Positions 25,691-35,730 of a stretch of DNA of 64,000 bases are shown here, piece after piece. How positions within the stretch are numbered: position 1 is the first letter of the stretch; each line of letters starts with the position of its first letter. The notes under the pieces are model-generated. The model saw only the letters and a list, made by a program, of their open reading frames with translations. It did no database searches and was not told the origin of the DNA. Position numbers and translations under genes: made by a program. The DNA comes from Octopus vulgaris. Its lineage: Eukaryota. Location of the stretch: contig OX597814.1 of assembly GCA_951406725.2 (NCBI GenBank), forward strand, positions 115,692,001 through 115,756,000, given 5' to 3'.

Positions 25691-27721
25691 CCTTGACTTC
25701 CTACGCAACTGCTGAGCCAGAGTGTGCAATCATCCATCCATCGATGCTCTCGGTGTCGGGGGTTGACCTGCTTTCTCTTCTGCGGGTCTTACGAATAGCA
25801 AAGGACCAGGTTTCGGACTTCTCCCACTGGATGAAGACCGCTACGCTCAACAGCAATAGCAACAGACCAGCTGCAATTGGCTTACTTTATTTATGAGATA
25901 GTAGCAAAAGGTTGCCAGGCACAGGCATGACTGTGTGATAAGAAACTTATTTCCTAACCACATGGTTCCAGGTTCCATCCCCCTGTGTGACACCTTGGCC
26001 AAGTATCTTCTTCAGCCTCGGGCCAACCAAAGCCTTGTGAGTGGATTTGGTAGATGGAAACTGAAAGAAGTCTTTGTGTCTGTGTTTGTCCCCCACCACC
26101 CTGTGACAACATGTTGGTGTGTTTACGTACCTGGAACTTAGCAGCTCAGCAAAACAATTGATAAAATAAGTCCTGGAGTTGATTTGTTTGACTAAAACCC
26201 TTAAGGGGCAGTGCCATAAGTAAAAGGTAGGTGGGACTGAACCAGGAACCATATGGTTGGTAAGCAAGCTACTTACCCCACAGCCACACCTACACACACA
26301 AGTATTTTTTTCTCTTATTCTTTTACTTGTTTCAGTCATTCGATTCTGGCTACGCTGGAACACTGCTTTTAGTCACATCATTTAACATCTTTTTCTCCGT
26401 GCTGGCAATGGGTTGGACAGTTTGACCAGAGCCACACTAGGTTCTATTGACTGTTTAAGCATGGCTTCTACAGCTTGATGCCCAGAAATGTGGCAGGGTG
26501 GGGGTAAGATTGATAGTGCAGAGCCCCTCAAGGACAAGCATTAACCAAGGTGGTTTTAGGCTATCACTTTTGCTGTGGTGAGCGGGTCTTCTTTAGTACA
26601 TCAAGGTGCCCGGTATCTTGGTCCCTTGTCATCTCCTTCATATTCTAATATCATATTTATGTTCAAGTACCATCGCCTTTGAAATTCTTGTGAATTTCAC
26701 AGTAATGCCAGCATATCTCGAAGGTCACAAAAGCACTGCAGAAGTCCTTGTGGAGTGCCATCCAATATTACCTGCCATTCCATGTTCAAGTTTTTATTTC
26801 ATCGTCACATCCATGATTCCAAATTATGATACATTGTGATTGGTTTACATCCTGTTTATATTTTTTGTTTTTCTGAGCAGTTATCTTAGTTTATCCATTA
26901 ATAAGTCTTCTTTTACATTTACCAGCATTCACAACCAAGACAATCAGCTTCTTTACTTTTTGTTTTGATTAGTCTGCACACATATACACACACACACACA
27001 TTCATGTCCACCTGACTGGCTCCCATGCCTAGTGGAGCCTAGTGCAGCCTTCTGGCTTGCTAGCCCTCAGTCAAACCATCCAACCCATGCTAGCATGGAA
27101 AGCGGACGTTTAACGATGACGATGCTGATGATGATACATACATATGCAAAAGTATCTTTTGTCTTTCATCTCTTACTTGTTTCAGTCATTAAACTGTGGC
27201 CATGCTGGAGCACCGCCTTGCGGAATTTCAGTCAAATTAACCCCACTATTTTTTTTTGTTTTTTTTAAAACCTGGTACTTATTATTATTTTTTTGGTCTC
27301 TTTTGCTGAACCACTAAGTTATAGGAACATAATATCCTAATAAAGTAACATAGTTAAGTCAGGTATATTGAGAAGGAGTGGCACCACTGCTGTTTTTGTC
27401 TTTGTTTAAAAATCACATCATTTGATGCAAGTGTTGGTGAATGTGATGATGTCCTGATGCAACAGCCAGTTGCAGATGCCCAGCAGTCCTCTTTTCCCTC
27501 ACATGTACTCTGAAGTCCCTCAGAGCACAATAGTAAAAGTTAGAATTCATCTTATTACTGAAAAGAATTTCTAGGTGTTCATGATACTAGGAAAGCAACA
27601 AGCTTGCTTTTTATTTCACACCAGACCCTGTCGTGCTGTCTTTGACGGTTAGGGTATTCAGCTCATTAATCTGAATCCTAGTGGCATGTTATGTCCTTGA
27701 GCAAGACACTTCATTTCTTGA

Positions 27722-28022
27722 AGTGATAGTATGTTATCAACTTAATGTGACAGTCCCATGAAAGGAAAGAATACTACTGTTATTTAGCCCTAGGAAGCAC
27801 CGTTTCCTGTTGGACTTGACACATTTCCTATGTCCTTATGTTTTCAAAGTGGAGACAAGCACCTCCACCCAGCAAAGCCAGCTTCCAGAGTCATTGCTCA
27901 TCAACATTGGGACACAGGAAATGTGTCAAGTCCAACAGGAAACAGTGTTTCCTAGGCTAAAGAACAGTAGCATTCTTCCCTTTCATGGGACGGTCACATT
28001 AAGTTGACAGCATACCATCACT
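27722..28022. mobile_element. MITE with ~115-bp TIRs, Kolobok-like termini
   Basis: AGTGATAGTATGTTATCAACTTAATGTGAC ... GTCACATTAAGTTGACAGCATACCATCACT; AG..CT ends; flanks TTGA/TTAT resemble a decayed TTAA TSD; superfamily call is an inference. Confidence 0.75.
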
Positions 28023-30191
28023 TTATCGTGCTGCTACTGCATAAATCTCTCAAAGAGATTTAGAAATGTATTATTTCTACTTCATTTCTTGTTTCTCCTG
28101 TCCACTCTGCTGGCTAAAGTGAGCAGTGCCTGTAAATCAAAGGGTCGGCCTTGTCACACTGAAAAAGAATCTTGCCTAGGTTCAGGTATATATGTGCAGA
28201 TGCATGATCACTATTGACCTCCAAAACGTCAGGAGACAAATTTCACAACAATCATCATCATCATTTAACATACATTTTCCATGCTGGCATGGGTTGGACG
28301 GGTTGACAGGGACTGGAAAGCCATAGGGCTGTGCCAGGCACAAATTGTCTGCTCTGGCATCGTTTCTATAACTGGATGCTCTTCTCAACTTTAACCACTT
28401 TACTGAGTGCATGAGAGGTTTTTTTTTTTATGTGGCACTGGCTTGGGTGTTTTTTATGTGACACCACAGTACTCATGGGATCACCAAGTCGCTTGCACGG
28501 CAAGGACATCTAAGCTGGGAGAAGGAAAGGAACCGAGAGAAGTGGCCAGTGCCAGGCAAGAGGTTAGAGTATGTTAGAAGGTCAGGAATAGCTGTCTTAC
28601 TTCAGAGTAGATACTTGGCTACCCCAGTAGAACAAGGAAGCAGTGAGAGAGAGAGAGAGAGAAAGAAAGAAAGATAGAGACAGTCAATGCAATGTAAATT
28701 CAAGTTTTTAATAAGAATTTCTCAACAAACTCCAATCAAGTGAGAGAGCTGATGGATTGCTTAGCAATGGTCCTCATAGATGTGGTTTCAAATGTTTTCC
28801 TTAATAAATCATTTTGAAGGTTTTGGTTGTTAGATTTGCCAAACATGGTGCAAAGTTTAATGTCGGCAGGTTGCTTGGATTTGTCAGCCATTGAATAGAT
28901 TGCATGGAGGTGTATGTGTGGTATAGTGGTTAGGGTGTTGTACTCACAATTGCTACATCATCATTATCATTTGACGTCCGTTTTCCATGCTGGCATGGGT
29001 TGGTCAGTTTGACAGGTGCTGGCTAGTCAGAGCACTATACCAGTTTTCACTGTCTTGGCATGGTTTCTACAGCTGGACGCCCTTCCTAATGCCAACAACC
29101 TTACAGAGTGAACTGAGTGCTTTTTACATGGCCCCAGTACCGGCAAGGTCTGTTTTGGCATGGTTTTTTGCCACTGGGTGCCCTTCCTAATGCCATCCCC
29201 TTTACAGAGTGGCCTGGGTGCTTTTTACATGGTATCCTGGACCGAGCAGTACACTGTGTTCTTGAGCAAAACTCTTCATTTCATTTTAGCCCAGTCCACT
29301 CAGCTGAAAATGGGTAACACCCTGCAACAGACTATCCTTCTGATTGGGGTAATGTTGGCTTGCTCACCTAGCTCCTGGGATGGCATCATTCGAAAGCTAA
29401 AACGATGCAAAGCACCTTGTGCGCAATGTATAACAACATCTGGTTGGTCACAGGATCGAGATTGCTGATCAATTCTAACACAACATTACAGAACCTGTAA
29501 TAACTGGACACTAATTGATGGCTGGAAGTGTATTAGTAGGCTGACTACCATTGATGATCAGCTGTCCATGCATTTTCATTGAGCAGAGTAACCATTGTTG
29601 ATGCAGTGTACTGGCAGCGGAATTATTAGCGTTATTGCTACATATAACTAGCCATTGTTATGACTTGCAAAAGAGAGAGAGAGAGACAGACAGACAGAGT
29701 GGCCAGAGTTTAATTAAAGAAGAAAAGAAACAAATAAGTTTATTTGGCTTTTTCAATTGCTAGGCATTCTTCCTTTCTTCTTTTCTCTTTCTCTCTGTCT
29801 GTTTCTCTCTCTCTCTTTTCACACATATATATTTGGCAAAAGAGATAAATAGAACAAGTACCAGACTTATTAAATATAAGTACAGGGGTAGATTTGTTCC
29901 ACTAAACCCTTCAAGGCAATACCCTTACACAGCCACTGTCCAATGACTGAAATCAGTATACACACACATATACAAACATACATATATATATATTCTTTTC
30001 TACTCTCAGCACAGGGCCTGAAATTTTGGCGGGAGGAGCCAGTCAATTAGATCAACTCCAGTATGCAACTGGTACTTAATTTATTGACCCCGAAAGGATG
30101 AAAGGCAAAGTTGACCTTGGTGGAATTTGAACTCAGAATGTAAAAACAGATGGAATGCTGCCAAGTATTTCAACATTTCTACCAACTTGCC

Positions 30192-30237
<46 letters not shown>

Positions 30238-30805
30238 TTAATTGCTGGTAGGGACACCATATTTCGTTTTGCTACAAAGTATATCAGAAGTTTTATAAGT
30301 CAGTACTGTATCCTTTTTGTGTTAGCATTACAATTCAGTCACTTTTGAGCTATCTCTGTAGTGTATGTGCATATTTCAGTTCTTGTTCCTCCTTCAGCAC
30401 CACATCCAACCCATCAGCTATCCATGAACACATTGCTTAAACAACCACTAAGTTTAGCGGTGTAATACTATTGGAGCTACCAATTTACATATCAAACACA
30501 TTCCTGGTGCATACATATTTAATTGCTTATAGGAACACAGTATTTCATTTTGCAACCACACTATACTACTGAGTATATTAAAGGTTTTATAAGTCCTACA
30601 TTTTTGCGTTAGCAATGAGGTCCAATCACTTTCAAGCTATCTTTACAGTTTTGCTTTAGAATTTAGAGCCAGCACTGAAAGTTACAAATATGTCTATGTA
30701 AACAATGCAATCAAAGATAGATACTGAGTGTATATACATATTTCAGGAGTTGTTGCTCCTTCATCAGTACCACATCCAACCCATAGGCCATCCAGGAATG
30801 CACAC
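30238..30805 (-). repeat. Diverged tandem dimer beside (TA)n, each unit with a hammerhead-like core
   Basis: Units start TTAATTGCT at ~30239 and ~30520 and share GTTTTATAAGTC, AGCTATCT, CATATTTCAG and ACCACATCCAACCCAT. Confidence 0.7.
30728..30773 (-). ncRNA. Minimal type-I hammerhead ribozyme-like motif
   Basis: Minus strand GTGGTA-CTGATGA-AGGAG-CAACAA-CTCCT-GAAA-TATG-TA-TATACAC: intact core, perfect 5-bp stem II, GUA triplet, bulged stem I. Confidence 0.6.
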
Positions 30806-31085
30806 ATACATATAATGAAAATGAGCAAAAAGATAGCTCAGTGGCCAGTCACATGTATTTGAGCAAGAAAATTAATAAAGGTACATTAAATACCATACAG
30901 CATAAATTAACAGACATAATGCTTAGCAGCTTTTCTTCTAGTTCTTTATGTTTTGGTTTCAAATCTTATCAAGGTCATCTTTGTTTTTCATCATGAGTCT
31001 GTAAACTGAAGTACCAATCAAGTACCGAGGTTGATGTACTCAACTGGTTCTCTTCCACTCAAAATTGCCAGACATGGACCATACA

Positions 31086-31540
31086 ATGGGCTGGTGTCCA
31101 GTTCTGGAGGATTGTTGTGATCTCAGTCACTAAATTGCCACGGAAATCAGGCAACCAACCTTGTAAATCCTAGGGCTCAAGAAAAATAATAAAAAATAAA
31201 TAAATAATATAATAGATGCAGGCATGCCTGAATGGTAAAAAAATTTGCTTCCCAACAACATATTTCTGGGTTCAGTCCCACTGTGTGGCACCTTTGGCAA
31301 GTGTCTTCTACTATAGCCTCTGGCTGACCAAGGTCTTCTGACTGGATTTGGTAGACGGAAACTGAAAGAAGCCTATTGTATATATACACACACACATATA
31401 TATATATGGGCTGGTGTCCAGTTCTGGAGGATTGTTGTGATCTCAGTCACTAAATTGCCATGGAAATCAGGCAACCAACCTTGTAAATCCTAGGGCTCAA
31501 GAAAAATAATAAAAAATAAATAAATAATATAATAGATGCA
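31086..31540. repeat. 135-bp direct repeats (31086-31220, 31406-31540) flanking a SINE family A 5' half
   Basis: 3 mismatches between the copies by eye. Confidence 0.9.
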
Positions 31541-31948
31541 TATCCGATCGTGGCCATTCGCCAGCCTCGTCTGGCACCTGTGTCGGTGGCACATAAAAAA
31601 CACCATCCAAGCGTGGCCGTTCGCCAGCCTCGTCTGGCACCTGTGTCGGTGGCACATAAAAAACACCATCCGAGCGTGGCCGTCCGCCAGCCCCGTCTGG
31701 CACCTGTGTCGGTGGCACATAAAAAACACCATCCGAGCGTGGCTGTTCACCAGCCTCGTCTGGCACCTGTGTCGGTGGCACATAAAATCACCCACTACAC
31801 TCTCGGAGTGGTTGGCGTTAGGAAGGGCATCCAGCTGTAGAAACACTGCCAGATCTGACTAGCCTGGTGCAGCCTTCGGGCTCCCCAGAGCCCAGTTGAA
31901 CCGTCCAACCCATGGAAAGCGGACGTTAAACGATGATGATGATGATGA

Positions 31949-31952
<4 letters not shown>
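31541..31952 (+). mobile_element. RTE 3'UTR copy with four tandem 63-bp units and (GAT)n tail
   Basis: ATCC..CGTGGCC..CTGGCACCTGTGTCGGTGGCACATAAAA at 31542, 31605, 31668 and 31731. Confidence 0.9.
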
Positions 31953-31983
<31 letters not shown>

Positions 31984-31991
31984 TATAAATA

Positions 31992-32263
31992 TTGGGTTTC
32001 AGGGGCCCACAGCTTTTTAATATTCTCCCAAAGAGTCTGAAGAACTTGCACAAAGTAGATGTAGTGATTTTTAAATCAAAGCTGGACATCTTCCTGTCGA
32101 GAGTCCCAGATGAACCTACCTCACGGCAAAAGGTGCAAATGAGAGTAGCTATATCAAACTCCATTCCTCACCAAGTGCCACATATTAGAGGAGGTTCTTC
32201 ATAATAACAGTGTAGCACAAAACGGCGGTGCATCAGCATGGCCGCAGCTCCGAGAAAAAAAAA
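31992..32263 (+). mobile_element. CR1/Jockey-group LINE 3' fragment
   Basis: GFRGPQLFNILPKSLKNL..FKSKLDIFLSRVPDEP is a typical ORF2 C-terminus; A-rich tail, inserted in (TA)n. Confidence 0.75.
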
Positions 32264-32285
32264 ACATATATATATATATATAAAT

Positions 32286-32318
<33 letters not shown>

Positions 32319-32486
32319 TAATAGTTATTGTCAACCTAACATGGCAGTCCAGAAAAATAGGGCGAATGCTGCCGTTGATTAGCTCCAAGAGGCCATCGCC
32401 TCTAGCTAGCTATGTGACACACAAACCTGTGTCCATTATAACCTTCCAACAGGAGAGGTCAGCCACTTCCCCTTACTGGTCTAGCA

Positions 32487-32529
32487 TCTACAGACTAGTT
32501 TCAGGGTGTTTGCCCCTTATCAATGTAGA
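32487..32529 (-). ncRNA. Minimal type-I hammerhead ribozyme-like motif, U3:A8 core variant
   Basis: Minus strand TCTACA-TTGATAA-GGGG-CAAACA-CCCT-GAAA-CTAG-TC-TGTAGA: perfect 6-bp stem I, stem II, palindromic stem III (ACTAGT), GUC triplet. Confidence 0.72.
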
Positions 32530-32623
32530 GCAGCCAAACCAGGCAGGTGTTGCTACTGACGGTCTGTTCAAAGGATTATTTACCTAAATTCAGTGGAATA
32601 CATCCACTGGTTTTCAAAAATAG

Positions 32624-32734
32624 AAATATTGATATTTCTAAGTCTCTCTAAAGGAGACTATGGCAGTGGTACAGGATATTAATACTTCCAGTACCACTGC
32701 CGTAGTCTCCTTTAGAGTGACTTAAAAATATTGA

Positions 32735-32739
<5 letters not shown>
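32624..32739. repeat. Inverted repeat/hairpin, ~50-bp arms
   Basis: CTCTAAAGGAGACTATGGCAGTGGTAC ... GTACCACTGCCGTAGTCTCCTTTAGAG. Confidence 0.9.
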
Positions 32740-32772
<33 letters not shown>

Positions 32773-32900
32773 CAGGGTGTCCAGAAAGTTTTGCCTGATT
32801 TTTATTTTATTGTATTATTGATACTTAACATCAATTTTAATGCCGGATGGATTGGACAGCATGGACCGATCAAATGGCCAACGCCTGTCGTATATATATA

Positions 32901-33180
32901 TTATATAATATAAATTAGAGATAAAACCACTATTATGCAACTCAAACAGTGATAGACATAAACTAAAACATAAATAACAAATAATATATATTTTTATAAA
33001 ACATATAACTAGATCTCAAAAAGTATTACTTATATATTGATCAATCATTTTTTATACTTTTTGAGATCTAGTTATATGTTTTATAAAAATATATATTATT
33101 TGTTATTTATGTTTTGGTTTATGTCTATCACTGTCTGAGTTGCATAATTGTGGTTTTATCTCTAATTTATATTTTATATA
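32901..33180. repeat. Near-perfect foldback, ~125-bp arms, in (TA)n
   Basis: AATTAGAGATAAAACCAC..TAGATCTCAAAAAGTAT loop ATACTTTTTGAGATCTA..GTGGTTTTATCTCTAATT. Confidence 0.92.
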
Positions 33181-33566
33181 GTTATACCGTGAAATTTGAT
33201 TTAATACTAAATTGAATTTTTCCTTGTAAGTTTGGAGTTATACTCCCTTATATTATATATATATATATAAATGTATGTGTACATCTGTGTTTGTCCACCC
33301 ACCATCACTTGACAACCGATGTTGGTGTGTTTACGTCCCCGTAAATTAGCAGCTTGGCAAAAGAAACCAATAGAATAAGTAATAGGCTTACAAAAAATAA
33401 GTCCTGGGGTCGATTTGTTCGACTAAAGTCGGTGCTCCAGCATGGCCACAGTCAAATGACTGAAACAAACAAACAAATAAAAGAACACAGTTCTATATTT
33501 AAGAGATGAGGAATTTTGTACATTGTTTACCTTTGATGGATATTTGTCCTCATCTTGTTTAGTGTT

Positions 33567-33612
33567 AACACAATGTTTTGGCTGATATACCCTCCAGCCT
33601 TCATCAGGTGTC
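33567..33612 (-). ncRNA. Decayed minimal type-I hammerhead-like motif within a repeat (~33485-33680)
   Basis: Minus strand GACAC-CTGATGA-A-GGCTGG-AGGGTATA-TCAGCC-AAAAC-ATT-GTGTT; the inverted partial copy at 34098-34170 keeps GAACGTTGTGTT, suggesting ancestral GAAAC-GTT. Confidence 0.55.
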
Positions 33613-33710
33613 TTGGGGAAATTTCGAACCTGGGTTCTCATTCCTAAGGTATTTTCCAATGTTATTATTATTATTAACAAGAGAATCTGTCATATATATA
33701 TATATATATA

Positions 33711-34094
33711 CTAGCAGTATCGCCCGGCGTTGCTCAGGTTTGTAAGGGAAATAACTATAAAGCATTTTTAGAGAGTTATAGCCAAAAAACAGCCAAAAAA
33801 TGGAAAAAAATTATGGTAAATTTTTTTGAGAGTAAAAAAAGGTGGAGTTGCGTCCCCTAGACAGTTTGCGGTTTGTGTTTCTGATTCTCGACCCCATGTC
33901 GAATTTATCGATTTTTTTTCAGAACTGGGGGAACTTTTCAAAATTTTCGCTGCGTTAGTTTTGAATTATGACATTGGGCTATGTGTGTGTCAAGTTTCAT
34001 CAGAATCGGTTGAAAGCCGTGGTCAGGGTGAGGGTACAAGCAAACAGACACACAGAAACACGCACAGACAAACTGCCGTTTATATAGAGAGAGA
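33711..34094 (-). mobile_element. Non-autonomous Helitron-like element
   Basis: Minus strand A|TCTC... to ...CTGAGCAACGCCGGGCGATACTG-CTAG|T: TC start, 3' GC hairpin, CTAG end, A/T insertion site. Confidence 0.8.
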
Positions 34095-34170
34095 TAAGGA
34101 GGGTATATCAGCTGGAACGTTGTGTTAACAACAAAGAAGATGAGGGCCAATATCCATCAAATGTAAATAA

Positions 34171-34539
34171 TCTCTCTCTATATATAAAGCTGAAGTTGTC
34201 TGTGTATGGCATGTTTGGTAGCCTTCAACTAACACTATCTCCTCCTAGACCCTGCGGCGCAAGTTGACCAAAATTGAGAGTATGATACAAGAAGGCTTGC
34301 TCTTCCTTCCATAGAAGAAAAACTTCAAATCGGACCATGTTAACACTAAAAATTATTTACATCAAAAAGGTGCTTTTTTTCTATAAACATCCCTATTTTT
34401 TACAATTTTTTTACTGCTGTGTCGCCATTTTTCGGTGTATTTCAACCAGAAAAATGTACACTTAAAGAGAATAACAAACTACATAATGCAAAATTTTTAC
34501 TTTTCAAAAATTCCAATTCTAAAGGGTCGAAACAAACCC
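34171..34539 (+). mobile_element. Second Helitron-like element, 3'-truncated
   Basis: A|TCTCTCTCTATATATAAA start as in the previous element; stops at ACAAACCC just before the expected hairpin. Confidence 0.6.
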
Positions 34540-35565
34540 TTTAGAATAAAAGAATATAAAAACATATTAACATAACACAAACACACATATACAACAGATT
34601 ACTTTCAGTTTCCGTCTACCAAATTCACTCACAAAGCTTAGGTCAAACAAGGGCAAAAGTAGAAGAATTGCCTGAGGTGCTACACAATAGGAGTAAACCC
34701 AGTACTATGTGGTTGGGGAGCAAACTTCTTAACCATACAGCCAAGCCTGCACCTATGTATGTTTTTAAATTCCTGTTCTTGTAAAGTTTTTTGTATTTAT
34801 TCATGTGTGTACGTGAGTGAAAGGAACTGTGTATATATTATATACTTCCTGAGACTAGTAAAAACATAAGCCTTCCTCATTCCTTCTTCTCATTGGCAGT
34901 TAATAATTTCTTTTTGTCTAAAGATTCTGTTTTTTTGGTTTTTGTCTAAATATCCTGTTTTAAAGAACATCACTTTCAGTTTTTTCTTTTTCTTTCTATT
35001 TTTTTTTTTGTTATTTTGTTTTAATGCTGAAAAAATGTGTAAGAAAATGTCGGGGTCGTTTTTGTTTTTTTAAACATCTCATGAAAGAATCCTCAACTTT
35101 TTGAAGAACTTTTATTTTTTTTTTTTTCCCAACTTTCCAGAGATAAAAAATATCTACAAATATAATTTGCTGTCCAACCCATGGAAGATGAACGTTAAAA
35201 GATGATGATTATATCTATATATAAACACACACAAGACCACAACCATGCTAAACACAATATTTTTGGAGGTGTTTTTATTCTTCCTTATTCTCCAACCATT
35301 ATCTTGGTGTAACATTTCTGAAAAGTACATGTCTCTTTTAGTACAACAATAGCTCCATTGTTCTGCTGTTATTCCTGATAATATTTTCTTTCACTTTTAT
35401 TTCAAACTCCAAAGCTGATATTTGCTCTAATCTTTAAAACTAGAAATAGAAGGATTTTTCCGTATATAAATTTCTTAGTTGAGAAAACTGTTGAAATACA
35501 GCATCCATGGTCTACATATCCTGGAGAGACAGATCTGCTAACCTGATTATATTATTAGTCTACAT

Positions 35566-35730
35566 CAGTGGTTCCCAAACTTTTTCGGGGTTCTGCCCCT
35601 TTGACACCCAGGTCACATTCCTAGTGCCCCACCCCAACTAACCACACAAACATAGACCTCTTTCTGAAGCAAATTCAAAGCAACTACATTTGACAAATAA
35701 ATCCTAATGAGCCCATTATTTTGTTGCTTT
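35566..35730 (+). mobile_element. hAT (Charlie-like) left end
   Basis: CAGTGGTTCCCAAAC TIR preceded by GTCTACAT (NTCTAGAN-like target); partner TIR not found. Confidence 0.65.

Noticed and set aside
35380-35545. Possible minus-strand terminal exon (LADLSLQDM*)
   Set aside because: No pyrimidine tract, very short peptide, no partner exons found.
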